Shown piece after piece: positions 10,248 to 20,746 of a stretch of 64,000 nt of DNA. Within the stretch, counting starts at the first letter, position 1; each line of letters starts with the position of its first letter. The notes beneath the pieces were generated by a model, which worked only from the letters and a program-made list of their open reading frames with translations, did not search any database and had not been told where the DNA came from. Source of the stretch: a virus; the IMG/VR virus record IMGVR_UViG_3300043749_000038, positions 5,072 to 69,071 of that record; one strand, 5' to 3'. Made by a program: the position numbers and the translations under genes.

Positions 10248-10276
10248 AAACTAGTATCACAATAACGGAAAATATC

Positions 10277-10723
10277 ATGAACCAAGCACAAAAAATCCTG
10301 TTCGATCTGGGCGCCCTCAAAACTCTGCCGGGCGCGACCTTCAACTGCGATGTCCTGTTCGACGCAGAAGGCAAACCGTACGCCGGTTTCACCATCGTCG
10401 GCAAAAACAGCCCCGAGTACCGCAGCGGCCAACGTGAGCTGCGCATCGACGGTATGCAGCGCGCGGCCAACCGCTCGGAAGAAATCGACACCAAGACCGC
10501 CGAAGGCGCGCAAACCGTCGTCGACAGCATCGACGAACAGCAACTGCGCACCGCTTGCTCGGTTGTCACCGGCTGGTACGGCTTCGGCGCCGACGGCAAC
10601 GAAGTACCGTTCGACAAGTCGCAACTGCCGAACATCTTCCAGGTGATGCCTGACTGGCAAGCTCGCATCCTGGCCGCTCTCGAAAAGCAGGCAAATTTTA
10701 TGCCCGTCTCGTCGAACGGCTAA
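10277..10723 (+). CDS. Tail assembly chaperone (gpG-like)
   Basis: Between tube and tape measure; slippery site near 3' end. Confidence 0.8.
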   Translation: MNQAQKILFDLGALKTLPGATFNCDVLFDAEGKPYAGFTIVGKNSPEYRSGQRELRIDGMQRAANRSEEIDTKTAEGAQTVVDSIDEQQLRTACSVVTGWYGFGADGNEVPFDKSQLPNIFQVMPDWQARILAALEKQANFMPVSSNG

Positions 10724-11079
10724 TCGCTTACGCGAAGTGTCGGTTTTACTGGAGCGGGCGGACTAAGGACGGTGCTACGGTTTCACAGCACGTCGAAAAA
10801 GCGAAAGCTAGTCCGCTCGCTTCACTTATCGTAACTGATAAGACATTCGACGAGGCGCCGGAAGAAGTAAGATGCCCACATGAACTTGCATATGTGTGGG
10901 CATGGTTCAGAGAGCTAGACGCAAGACGTACCAACAGCGGTATGGGATTCAATCCAATTACGCACGAAGCAATTAGTGCATGGTCGGACGGTTTCGAAAT
11001 AGGCATTACACCATTTGAACGGCAATGCATTGTTGAGATTGACGATGCTTACAGGGATTACTGCAACACAAAGGAATAG
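10693..11079 (+). CDS. -1 frameshift extension of tail chaperone (gpGT-like)
   Basis: A-AAT-TTT heptamer at 10693-10699 in the correct phase; -1 frame is open to 11079 (YARLVERLIAYAK...VWAWFRELDARR...). Confidence 0.8.
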   Translation, partial: KFYARLVERLIAYAKCRFYWSGRTKDGATVSQHVEKAKASPLASLIVTDKTFDEAPEEVRCPHELAYVWAWFRELDARRTNSGMGFNPITHEAISAWSDGFEIGITPFERQCIVEIDDAYRDYCNTKE

Positions 11080-11081
11080 AC

Positions 11082-14000
11082 ATGGCAATGGACGATACTG
11101 GTGGTTCGGGTGGTAACACTCAAGTTGAAGGCCTTGCTATTAACGTTGCTGTACCGGGCGGCAAGGAAGCCCCCGGTATTCTCGACGGTGTTGCAAAGTC
11201 AGCTGACAACCTTGCGACCGTTTCTGTCAAGACCATGTCTTCGGTTGCAGGTCTAGAATCTGCACTCGAGAAGGCTGCTGCGCAATACGAAGCGACGCGC
11301 GGATCCACCAAGAACCTGACCGACGCACAGCTTGCGCAGCATCAGGCAAATAAACTCGCGCTCGAAATCGCGCAAGAACGCTACGACCAAGGCACTCGCT
11401 ATCTGGCACAACTAGACCAGATGGTTGCAACGTTCAATATGACCACAGACGAGCTCCAGCGTTATAAAGCTGCTCAGCTCGGAGTGAGCCAAGAAGCTGA
11501 AGTCTATATCTCGCAGATGAAATCAATGCGGGACGCGACTGCGCAATATGGTGTGGTTATCAAAGAAGTTGCGGAGATCGAAAAGGCGCGTTTGGATTGG
11601 GAGACAGCAAGCGCTACTGCTCTCAATGCGCAACGGATTCGTTCGCTTAGCGAACAAGCTGCGCTTGAAGAATCTTCCTCCGTTGCACTCAATGCTCAGC
11701 GCAAACGGGCGCTTTCGGATCAGGCCGCAATGGAGGAGTCGGCAAGCACCTCTCTGAATGCGCAGCGCACGCGTGCATTGAACGATCAAGCAACGCTCGA
11801 AGAGTCTGCAATGACCGCTCTGAACGCCCAGCGTGTGCGTGCACTTAACGACCAGGCAGCTTTGGAAGAATCGGCAACAACGTCGTTGAATGCTCAACGT
11901 GTTCGTGCCTTGAACGATCAAGCTCGTTTGGAAGAATCCGCTCAAACCGCATTGAACGCGCAGCGTATCCGTATGCTGAACGAACAAGCTGCTGCGGAAG
12001 AGTCGGCAATGGCTGCACTCAATGCGCAGCGCATCCGGGCTGTAAACGATCAAAAGGCATTGGAGGAGTCCGCGCAGACCTCCCTTAACGCACAACGTAT
12101 CCGCGAAACTAACGAACAAGCTGCTAAGGAGGAGTCTGCGCGCACCGCCTTGAACGCACAGCGCATTCGCGAAACTACAGCTGCCGCTAAAGCAGCAGCG
12201 GATGCTGAGAAAGCTGCTCAGGAAGAGATGCAGCGCAACCAGACCATCTTTAACGCATTCAAGATTCGCACTCTGAATGAGAACCGAGTGGAGGGGCTTC
12301 GCATTCGCGAGCAGATGGCAAAGGACGCTGCTGCACTGGCTGAAAAGCAAGCTGAAGATGAAATTCGTTGGAATATGTTGTCTGTCAAGACTCGTATTAC
12401 CCAACTGCAAATGCTTCAGCAGTATATCGACAATCCAAAGATTAGCCAGAAGACAACCGAGGATACCTTCAGTTCTGCTGCTTTTAAAGACCTGCCCAAC
12501 CTCGACGCACTTATCAAACAGTACAACGATAGCTTGAGCAAGCACAGCAAGACGCTTGATGAAGCTACGCCCAAAGCCAAGGGTTGGGGTGATGCGTTAA
12601 GTAATAACCGAGTGCGCACCGAAGCCCTAGTGCTCGCACACGAAGCGCTCCAGGGTCGTTTCACCCGTATGCCTGGCTCGCTCATGGTGATGGGGGAGTA
12701 CCTAACCTCTGCTGGTATCGGCATGGGCGCAATGATGGGTACGGCGCTCAGCTTGGCTGCTGCTATCGGCTTTGTTGGCTACGAGATGGAGCGCGGCTAC
12801 AAACAGACCAAAGAGTTCAACGATGCAATTAACCGCACTAACGGTTACTCCGGCGAGACCACGCAGAGCCTGGAAGCCCTGGCGCAGAGTGTGGGCAAAG
12901 TACATGGTGAGTACACCGAGGCGTACAAAGCTGCTGCTTTACTGACGTCCAGCGGCAAGTTCACCAAGGACCAAGTGGATATGATTACGCAGTCCGCTGC
13001 GGACCTATCACACGCATTTGGTCAAGATGTCAATACCACGATTAAAGAATTCGAAACCCTCGTTGTACGTAGTACGACATCGGGGGCTGCTGGTATGTTG
13101 CAAGTCAGCAAAGCCGTTGAGAAGCTGGATGAACAGTATCACTTCTTGACCGTGCAGCAAATGCAGCACATTATCCAACTTGAGAAAGAAGGTCAGGTGC
13201 GCGAAGCTTCCGCGCTGGCTATCAAACTGTTTGGTGAAGAGACTCAGAAAGAGGCAAAGAACGCCGAAGAGTATATTGGATGGGTCGAGCAAGCCTGGAA
13301 TGGTGTTACGCGTGCTATTAAAGGAACCATTCAAGCTATTGCTGACATCGGCAAGAAAGACACGTTTGCAAACCAAGAAAAGACGCTGCTCAATCAGCTC
13401 GAAAAGAATGCAGACGGCTCGCTGAAGACCGACGAAGCTCACATGTCGCAGACGAACAAGTATCGTCTGCAAGCTTACTACGCGCTCGAGCAGGAAATCT
13501 CGAACTACAACCAAAAAGCTGCCGATCAAGCAGATAAAGAACAAAAAGCTGCTGTTGCCAAGCACAACCTCGAAGCGCGCGCGATTGAAGACGTGCGTCT
13601 GATGAAAAAGACGCAGACTGAACTGCAAGATGCGCTGGACCGCAATGCAAAGCAGAAAGCTGAAATTGTTGCTGCTGATCCAACATACTTGGAAGATCCA
13701 AAGAATGTTCAGTACGAAGCTGATCGCGTGCAAGCTATCATCAAGGCGCACACCGACAAAACTCGCCAAACGATTAGCGACGGGCGTAAGCAGGAATTGA
13801 TAAATCAGCTAAATGCTGATGAACAATCGTACAAACTTGCCCAAGAAGCTGCAGATAACCAGATTAAGATGGCCAAGGAGTATGCTGACCAGCATATCAC
13901 CAGCCGTCAGAGCGAATACGATGCCGTTACGGATTCGTATAACCGCGAGCTTAAAGCTGCGCAGGACATGGAAGCAGCTAAGCTCGCCACTCTCGAATCT

Positions 14001-17000
14001 TACAAGCCGAAGAACAAAACCGACGCGGAAGAGACGGTTAAACGTATTAACGATGTTAAGCGCGCCTACGAACTTGCCGCTGCCGAAATCAACGACGCAA
14101 AGCAAAAAGATCAACAGGCTATTATCGGCAAAGGCGTTAAGGAAGTTAGCCTTGTCGACGATAAGGAACTCAATAAGCTCCAGACGCAGATTGACAATCT
14201 GAAGAAGTACAATGCCGAGGTTGGCAAGACCGCTGAGGAGAAGAAACTCGCACTTGCTCAGCTCGACGACGAAGCGTTGATCCAGGCGCAGATTCAACTT
14301 GTGCTGGAGCAATCCAAAGTTGACAATGAACAATTGGGTGCTGTTGAGCAAGCCCAGGCTGACGCACGTATTGAGAAACTGAATGCAATCATTGCGAAGC
14401 TGCGGGAGAAGAAAGACCTCGAAGGCACTGGCGCACAACTTGAAGCCCAGGCGGCTGCGGATAAGTTGTGGGCAGACCAAAATAAGAAGCTGGAAAACGA
14501 CATTGCTAGCGCAATTATTGACGGTGGCGGTCGCGGTTGGAAGAAGCTTATCCGCGATATGGAGCTGGCTTTTGCTAAGCTGATCCTGCAACCGATCATT
14601 GCGCCGGTAGCTGGGAGTATTAGCAGCATTTTAAACCCCACTGCAACGCAGGCAGGGGGTGTTGCCGGTGCGGACGCTGCTGGGGGCATGGGTAGCTACC
14701 TTGGGGCTGCTAACGCTGCTGCCAGCGCGTATAAATTTATCTCCTCCGGCCTTACCGGGATGGTTGGTGGAGTCGGTTCGCTCGTCACACAGGCGGGTAA
14801 TCTACTTGGTTCCTCCAACCTTGCGGCGTTCGGTTCCGGCATGTCCATGACTGCCGAGCAGTCCGCAGCCGCTGCCGGCGCTTACGCTGACGCAGGGATG
14901 ACGGGTATCTCAAGCTCCATCGGCGCAGGTGCGGCCATTGCTCCGTATCTTGCCCTCGGTGCAGGCGCGCTGGGTGGCCACATGATCGGCGGTGCCATTT
15001 CTGGTCAGTACGGTAGCGAGTCAACCGTTAATACTAGTGAAGCTGCTGGTGCCGCAATCGGCACGGCGATGGCTGGTCCAATCGGGGCTGCTATCGGTTC
15101 GTTCCTGGGCGGTACTGTCGGCGGTCTGCTAAACCGTGCGTTTGGCATGGGTAACAAGAATGTCACCGAAACAGGCATCAAAGGTACGATTTCCGACTCG
15201 GGCGTTACTGGTTCGAACTATAGCGACTGGACTCAGTCCGGAGGCTGGTTCCGCAGCAACAAGAGTGGCGAAGACAGCAGCGCGCTGACCGCAGACCAGA
15301 CCAACAGCCTGGGCACTGGTTTAACCACGATGAAATCGACGGTCACTAACCTGGCGCAAGTCCTTGGTGTGGGCAACGAAGCACTGAACAACTACAGCAA
15401 GAGCTTTGATATCCTGCTCACCCCGTTGAAGCAGGTGACTGGTGATGCTGCTCAGCAAGCGCAGATCGTCCAAGAGAACCAGCAAATTGCTCAGCAGAAT
15501 GCAACTGCTATTACCACCTTCTTCACGTCGGTTGGCGACGACATGGCAACCAAGCTGATCCCGAATATCAGCAGCTTTGCGCAAGCCGGTGAAACTGCTT
15601 CGCAGACTTTGACGCGCCTGAACGCAACGTTTACGCTGACCAACAACATCGCTGGTCTGCTGGGCAAGACTGTGCAACAAGCTTTCGGTGGCTCAGGCTT
15701 GAGCTCGGACGCTGTACGTGAAAGCCTGGTGAACCTTGCGGGCGGTTCGAGCAACCTGCAAAGCTACACGCAGAATTATGCTTCGAACTTCCTGACGAAC
15801 GCCCAGCAGCTCGCACCGACTCTGAAAGCCGTTAGCGATGCGATGGGCGCACTTGGACTGTCGAGTATCACCACGCGCGCTCAGTTTGCAGCAGAGATTA
15901 GCAGCTTGGACCTTACCAAGACTTCGGATCAGCAACTGTTCGTCTCGCTGATGCAACTGTCCAGCGCTTTCGCAACTGTCACCCCTGCGCTCGACGATGC
16001 AACCAAGTCGGTTCAGGACATTGCCAACGAGCGTAAGAGCTTGCAGGACCAGCTCGACCAGTTGACCATGACCTCGACGCAATTGCTCCAGAAGCAGCGT
16101 AACGCCTTGGATGACAGCAACAAGGCCCTGTTCGACCAAGTCCAAGCAATCCAGGCGCTGAAAGACGCTTCGACAGCACTGAGCAGCAATGTGGACGACG
16201 CTTTCAACGTCCTCCAGAGTGTGGTCAACAAGCAAAAAGATGCTCTCACCAAAGCGCACGACGCTCAGAGCAAACTGCTTGACCAGCAAATTACCTCGCA
16301 GCAGACCGCTCTGGATACCGCTAAGTCCTTAGCTGATGCTTTCTCGTCTGCACTGGATAGCCTGAAAGACCCAAGCACCAGCGGAGCGCTGTGGCAGGGT
16401 GCCAAGGGTATGCTGGAAAAAGCTCTTGGGACTGCACAAGCTGGCGGCGGTTTGCCCACACTGGACAGCATGAAGGACTCGCTGAATACGATCTCGCAGG
16501 GTCCGCAGACAGCGAACTACTCGAGCCGTTTCTCGTACCTGCAAGACCTGTACAGCGCGCGCAACACTCTGTCCATCTTGAAGAACGCCACCGGCAGCGG
16601 CGAGGACGTGCAGCAGAAAATGCTGGACGCTCTGAACGCGCAGAAGACCGCTGCTGACGACGCTTACCAAGCACAGTCAGACGCGTTGGACAATCTGGTG
16701 AATAACGCTCAAGACCAGATTACAGAGATGAAGGGGCAGTCGACGTCCCTGCTCTCGATTGACCAGGCAATGCACGGTGTCCTGCTGGCAATCCAAGGTG
16801 CTAACGGGAACGCACTGATTTCGGGTACGCAACAGATTAACAACGCATACCAGACCTCGCTGGGTCGTGCGCCGGACGCTGCTGGCATGACGTACTACCA
16901 GCAGTCGCTGACCAACGGCAATTCGATTAACGATATCGTTAATAGCATCAAGAATTCGCCGGAAGCGCAAATCCAAAGCTTGTATCAAGGCTTGCTGGGT

Positions 17001-17408
17001 CGTAGTGCGGATGCAGCAGGTCTGCAATATTATTTAAACAGCGGAGGCTCGATCGACCAAATTCGTGCTAGCATTATGGGAAGCACGGAATACAAGGGCC
17101 TGCACTCCTTCGACGTCGGTACGAACAACGTTCCGTACAATATGGTGGCCAAGCTGCACGAAGGTGAGGCGGTCATCCCGAAAGCGGACAATCGCGCCCT
17201 GCGTTCGGCTGTGAGCAACAATGCGGCAAGTAGCATGCAAGTGGTGACGGCAATTGCATCCTTGCAAAAAGAAATGGCAAGCTTCCGTCAAGAGAACAAA
17301 GCAGGTATGGTTGCAATGCAGCGCGATACCGCAGTCACCGCGAACCGTCTGCGCAAGTGGGACGGCAACGGTATGCCGGCAGCTCGAGACCTGACTCAAG
17401 GCGTGTAA
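11082..17408 (+). CDS. Tape measure protein
   Basis: 2108 aa, Ala/Gln-rich helical, Gly-rich hydrophobic segments, C-terminal FDVGTNNVP...LHEGEAVIP. Confidence 0.9.
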   Translation: MAMDDTGGSGGNTQVEGLAINVAVPGGKEAPGILDGVAKSADNLATVSVKTMSSVAGLESALEKAAAQYEATRGSTKNLTDAQLAQHQANKLALEIAQERYDQGTRYLAQLDQMVATFNMTTDELQRYKAAQLGVSQEAEVYISQMKSMRDATAQYGVVIKEVAEIEKARLDWETASATALNAQRIRSLSEQAALEESSSVALNAQRKRALSDQAAMEESASTSLNAQRTRALNDQATLEESAMTALNAQRVRALNDQAALEESATTSLNAQRVRALNDQARLEESAQTALNAQRIRMLNEQAAAEESAMAALNAQRIRAVNDQKALEESAQTSLNAQRIRETNEQAAKEESARTALNAQRIRETTAAAKAAADAEKAAQEEMQRNQTIFNAFKIRTLNENRVEGLRIREQMAKDAAALAEKQAEDEIRWNMLSVKTRITQLQMLQQYIDNPKISQKTTEDTFSSAAFKDLPNLDALIKQYNDSLSKHSKTLDEATPKAKGWGDALSNNRVRTEALVLAHEALQGRFTRMPGSLMVMGEYLTSAGIGMGAMMGTALSLAAAIGFVGYEMERGYKQTKEFNDAINRTNGYSGETTQSLEALAQSVGKVHGEYTEAYKAAALLTSSGKFTKDQVDMITQSAADLSHAFGQDVNTTIKEFETLVVRSTTSGAAGMLQVSKAVEKLDEQYHFLTVQQMQHIIQLEKEGQVREASALAIKLFGEETQKEAKNAEEYIGWVEQAWNGVTRAIKGTIQAIADIGKKDTFANQEKTLLNQLEKNADGSLKTDEAHMSQTNKYRLQAYYALEQEISNYNQKAADQADKEQKAAVAKHNLEARAIEDVRLMKKTQTELQDALDRNAKQKAEIVAADPTYLEDPKNVQYEADRVQAIIKAHTDKTRQTISDGRKQELINQLNADEQSYKLAQEAADNQIKMAKEYADQHITSRQSEYDAVTDSYNRELKAAQDMEAAKLATLESYKPKNKTDAEETVKRINDVKRAYELAAAEINDAKQKDQQAIIGKGVKEVSLVDDKELNKLQTQIDNLKKYNAEVGKTAEEKKLALAQLDDEALIQAQIQLVLEQSKVDNEQLGAVEQAQADARIEKLNAIIAKLREKKDLEGTGAQLEAQAAADKLWADQNKKLENDIASAIIDGGGRGWKKLIRDMELAFAKLILQPIIAPVAGSISSILNPTATQAGGVAGADAAGGMGSYLGAANAAASAYKFISSGLTGMVGGVGSLVTQAGNLLGSSNLAAFGSGMSMTAEQSAAAAGAYADAGMTGISSSIGAGAAIAPYLALGAGALGGHMIGGAISGQYGSESTVNTSEAAGAAIGTAMAGPIGAAIGSFLGGTVGGLLNRAFGMGNKNVTETGIKGTISDSGVTGSNYSDWTQSGGWFRSNKSGEDSSALTADQTNSLGTGLTTMKSTVTNLAQVLGVGNEALNNYSKSFDILLTPLKQVTGDAAQQAQIVQENQQIAQQNATAITTFFTSVGDDMATKLIPNISSFAQAGETASQTLTRLNATFTLTNNIAGLLGKTVQQAFGGSGLSSDAVRESLVNLAGGSSNLQSYTQNYASNFLTNAQQLAPTLKAVSDAMGALGLSSITTRAQFAAEISSLDLTKTSDQQLFVSLMQLSSAFATVTPALDDATKSVQDIANERKSLQDQLDQLTMTSTQLLQKQRNALDDSNKALFDQVQAIQALKDASTALSSNVDDAFNVLQSVVNKQKDALTKAHDAQSKLLDQQITSQQTALDTAKSLADAFSSALDSLKDPSTSGALWQGAKGMLEKALGTAQAGGGLPTLDSMKDSLNTISQGPQTANYSSRFSYLQDLYSARNTLSILKNATGSGEDVQQKMLDALNAQKTAADDAYQAQSDALDNLVNNAQDQITEMKGQSTSLLSIDQAMHGVLLAIQGANGNALISGTQQINNAYQTSLGRAPDAAGMTYYQQSLTNGNSINDIVNSIKNSPEAQIQSLYQGLLGRSADAAGLQYYLNSGGSIDQIRASIMGSTEYKGLHSFDVGTNNVPYNMVAKLHEGEAVIPKADNRALRSAVSNNAASSMQVVTAIASLQKEMASFRQENKAGMVAMQRDTAVTANRLRKWDGNGMPAARDLTQGV
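11601..12175 (+). repeat. Nine tandem 66-bp (22-aa) repeats within tape measure
   Basis: LNAQRxRxxxxQxxxEES unit counted nine times. Confidence 0.9.
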
Positions 17409-17409
17409 T

Positions 17410-19278
17410 ATGAAAATCATTCGTCCGTATCAATTTGCAGAAGGCGGCACACCGTTCAGCCGCCCTTCGTCCGCCAGCATGTGGGATAAGACGGGTACGC
17501 TCGTCAGTGTGGGCAACGATACCCCACGCTTTTCGTACGACCCGTTGAATACCGCCAACCCTCCGATCTTGCTGCTTGAACAGGCAGCAACGAACCAGCT
17601 CCTTTATTCTGAGCAACTTGATAATACATCTGCCGGGGCTTGGACTACATTTCAAGCTACGGTGACGCCCAATGCAGCTACCGCCCCTGACGGCACACTA
17701 ACGGCTGATAAGTTCTGCAACAACGGCGCATCGGAGCAATCTTTGAAAGCCGCTGGTTCTTATACTGCCGGTCAACAATACACGGCATCGGTCTATGCGA
17801 AAGCATCCGACGCTAGCGTCTTTGTTGCAACCATTTCAACAGTCTTGTCGCTTCCAACAAGTAACGGCGGAGCGCAAGCTATCTTTAATCTTGTGAACGG
17901 AACGGTATCGAGCGTTAGCATCGGCATTTCAGCGGCAATCAGCTTCGTTGGCAATGGTTGGTATCGTTGTTCTTTGACATTTACTCCTGGCGTCACACTG
18001 ACGTCTAATTTTGGTGGATACTGGCTCAATCTGGCGATGGGTGCTTCTGCTCCGGGCGTTGGTGTCTACCTTTGGGGTGCGCAACTTGAAAACGGCCCCG
18101 TTGCTACTTCCTATATCAAAACAGTTGGAGCAGCGGCAACTCGCGCTGCTGACGGGGTTGGTAACAATCTCATCACCTTGCTTGCTGAGAACGATGCGCC
18201 CAACTGGAGCTCCACCAATCCTTATGTGATCGGTGATCGTGTTGTGGTCAACCACAGGATTTACCAGTCAAACACCGGCGCATCCTCCAGCGTTTCCGTC
18301 AGCACGGCAGCTAGCGGATCGCCCATTGTTGTGAACTGGAACGCGCATGGTGCGGCCCTCAACGAGCCGGTTGTGTTTGTGTCAGGCGCTGTGCCGACAG
18401 GCCTTGTTGCAGGCGTTGTCTACTATGTTCAGAGCACGACCGCAAACACCTTCCAGGTATCTACAACTGTCAACGGGGTTGCAATCGTTTCCGCTTCAGC
18501 TTTTGGAACAATCGGAGGCGTTGTTGCCAGGCACTCCGCTAACTTAAACCAGACCCCGTCATCCACTAGCACTGTGTGGTTAGACGCTGGACCGACGAAC
18601 AAGTACGGCGCGTTCGACCAGTCGGTTGAAAGTCAGTCTGTCAACAGCTACGAGCTCAACTTCGCGTTTCAGACGCCGAGCACGATGTTTGCGGACAGCC
18701 TTGTGATTCAGAATGCAAATGCCCAAGCTATTCGAGTGGCTATTATCGACCCTGTTGACGGTATTGTGTACGATCAGACCGTCACAATGGTGCAAGACCT
18801 CGACAGTGCTGATCCATACGAATATTGCTTTGAGCCCATTGTCCGCATGACGGACGTAATGTTTGACGGTATTCCGCCGTACGCTAGCGCCACGTTGTCG
18901 GTTTCGCTTATTGATCCTTACGGATCTCCAGCGTGCGGTTTGTGTATCGTCGGGCAGTCCAAGGAGTTCGGACCAACTCAATCGGGAATGTCAATTGGTA
19001 TTCAGGATTACTCCTTGAAAACCAAGGACGAATTCGGTTATACTAACTTGCAAGAGCGCCCGTACGCTAAAACCATGACGCTCACAGCGTTTGTTGATCG
19101 CGCAGCGATGAGCAATCTGATCAACCTTTTGAACAGCTTGCGTGCAACGCCTGTTGTCTACATTGGTGACGAAAGTGTAATTGCGTCGTTTCAATACGGC
19201 TTCTTTAAAGATTATTCGATGGGTGCGGACTATGTCGAGCACTCAACCCTCCACATTGAAATTGAGAGCTTGACATAA
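17410..19278 (+). CDS. Distal tail/tail-tip protein with inserted carbohydrate-binding-like domains
   Basis: Follows TMP; insert with APDGT, GNGWYRCS, WGAQLE, ATSYI...RAAD motifs; C-terminal IQDYSLKTKDEFG. Confidence 0.65.
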   Translation: MKIIRPYQFAEGGTPFSRPSSASMWDKTGTLVSVGNDTPRFSYDPLNTANPPILLLEQAATNQLLYSEQLDNTSAGAWTTFQATVTPNAATAPDGTLTADKFCNNGASEQSLKAAGSYTAGQQYTASVYAKASDASVFVATISTVLSLPTSNGGAQAIFNLVNGTVSSVSIGISAAISFVGNGWYRCSLTFTPGVTLTSNFGGYWLNLAMGASAPGVGVYLWGAQLENGPVATSYIKTVGAAATRAADGVGNNLITLLAENDAPNWSSTNPYVIGDRVVVNHRIYQSNTGASSSVSVSTAASGSPIVVNWNAHGAALNEPVVFVSGAVPTGLVAGVVYYVQSTTANTFQVSTTVNGVAIVSASAFGTIGGVVARHSANLNQTPSSTSTVWLDAGPTNKYGAFDQSVESQSVNSYELNFAFQTPSTMFADSLVIQNANAQAIRVAIIDPVDGIVYDQTVTMVQDLDSADPYEYCFEPIVRMTDVMFDGIPPYASATLSVSLIDPYGSPACGLCIVGQSKEFGPTQSGMSIGIQDYSLKTKDEFGYTNLQERPYAKTMTLTAFVDRAAMSNLINLLNSLRATPVVYIGDESVIASFQYGFFKDYSMGADYVEHSTLHIEIESLT

Positions 19279-20288
19279 TGACTATCGGACTCCTGCCCAC
19301 ATCACCGTCGCGCAACATGGCCCCGGCAGACTACGTGTCTGCCATGAACGCATTCCTTGCTGCGCTGCCTCAGTTTGTTAACGACGCAAACTCACTCGCT
19401 GCTAACATGAACTCTGTTGCAGCGGGAGGGGCGTACGCACTGCCGTTCAAGTTCAGCACCAGCACGACAGTTGGGGCTCCAGCGAGCGGCTATCTGTCTG
19501 CTGACAATGCGGCGTTCGGCAGCGTTGCGAACCTGTCCATCAGCGCTAACACCGCTGCGGGCAATGCCTGCACGTCCTGGCTCAACAGCATGGGCGAATC
19601 TACGTCTACCGTAAAAGGCACTATTCGCCTCAGCTCTGTTGACGGCAGTCGTTACGTACTATTCCGAGTACTGTCAGTTACCAATAACAACGGCTGGTTC
19701 GATATCGGCGTGAGCTTCATTAGCGCGTCGGCCACTCTGTATTTTTCGGCAAACGAAATGTTTGTCATGTTCTTCCAGCGCACCGGAGATGTAGGAAGTG
19801 CGGGGACCGGGTCTTTGCAGTTGCTCGCACAAACCACCGTCGGTGCGCAGGTAGCAAGCATCGACTACTTCAATGTATTCACATCTGCTTACGACACTTA
19901 TGTGATCGAAGTTGAAGGGCTTGTGGTCACCGCGCAGGGCAATCTTCTTATGTACATGTGCAAGGCGGGGTCTCTGGACCTGACAGCAGTGTACACAGCC
20001 CCAGTTGCTGACGGTGGAGCCTACACCAATGGTCAAACCTCTTTTACGTTCCCAGTTGTAATTCCAACCGCCGGGACGCTTGCCTTAGCAGGCACATTTC
20101 GGGTCTTGAACGTAAATTCAACAACAACGTCTAAAGTTGTCTCATTGGTTGGCTCTTCAAATGGGACGACTTGTGCCAAAGCCGGTGCTTATACGGGGTC
20201 AAATGCAGTATCCGGTTTCAGGCTTGCACCTGCGTCCGGCGCATTTACGAACGGCACGGTTCGTATCTACGGTCTCAAAAATAGCTAA
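19278..20288 (+). CDS. Tail fibre / receptor-binding protein
   Basis: Beta-rich; FTSAYDTYVIE and GTVRIYG C-terminal motifs; position. Confidence 0.65.
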   Translation: MTIGLLPTSPSRNMAPADYVSAMNAFLAALPQFVNDANSLAANMNSVAAGGAYALPFKFSTSTTVGAPASGYLSADNAAFGSVANLSISANTAAGNACTSWLNSMGESTSTVKGTIRLSSVDGSRYVLFRVLSVTNNNGWFDIGVSFISASATLYFSANEMFVMFFQRTGDVGSAGTGSLQLLAQTTVGAQVASIDYFNVFTSAYDTYVIEVEGLVVTAQGNLLMYMCKAGSLDLTAVYTAPVADGGAYTNGQTSFTFPVVIPTAGTLALAGTFRVLNVNSTTTSKVVSLVGSSNGTTCAKAGAYTGSNAVSGFRLAPASGAFTNGTVRIYGLKNS

Positions 20289-20300
20289 GGAGATATTGCA

Positions 20301-20639
20301 ATGACCTATCAATTATTGGTAGACGGCCAAGTGCGAGACGCCACGCCGGAAGAAGCAGCTGAACTGGACTCGATGCGAGCGACCGCGCAAGCATTCGTCC
20401 CCCAAACCGTAACGCGTCGACAAGCCCGACAAGCGTTGCTGATTAAAGGGTTGCTGGACAAAGTTGATCCAGCAATTGCTGCAATCGCCGATCCGACGCA
20501 ACAAGGCTTGGCTAAGATCGAATGGGAGGACTCTTTGGAGTTCGAACGTTCGCGTCCGCTGGTGATTCAAATCGGCACAGCAATCGGACTCGACGCTGCT
20601 GGACTGGACAGTCTGTTTACTTACGCTGCAACTCTGTAG
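20301..20639 (+). CDS. Tail fibre-associated chaperone-like protein
   Basis: VPQTVTRRQARQAL...IEWE...LDSLF motif common next to fibre genes. Confidence 0.6.
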   Translation: MTYQLLVDGQVRDATPEEAAELDSMRATAQAFVPQTVTRRQARQALLIKGLLDKVDPAIAAIADPTQQGLAKIEWEDSLEFERSRPLVIQIGTAIGLDAAGLDSLFTYAATL

Positions 20640-20746
20640 GTAAAAGGCTATAGTCCAAAGGCCTTGAGGACTACAAAATTGTTGACCCTGCTTGCGTTGT
20701 GTGTAACACTTAGCGCTTGCGGGGTCTTTTACTTTCCGGAGGGTGT

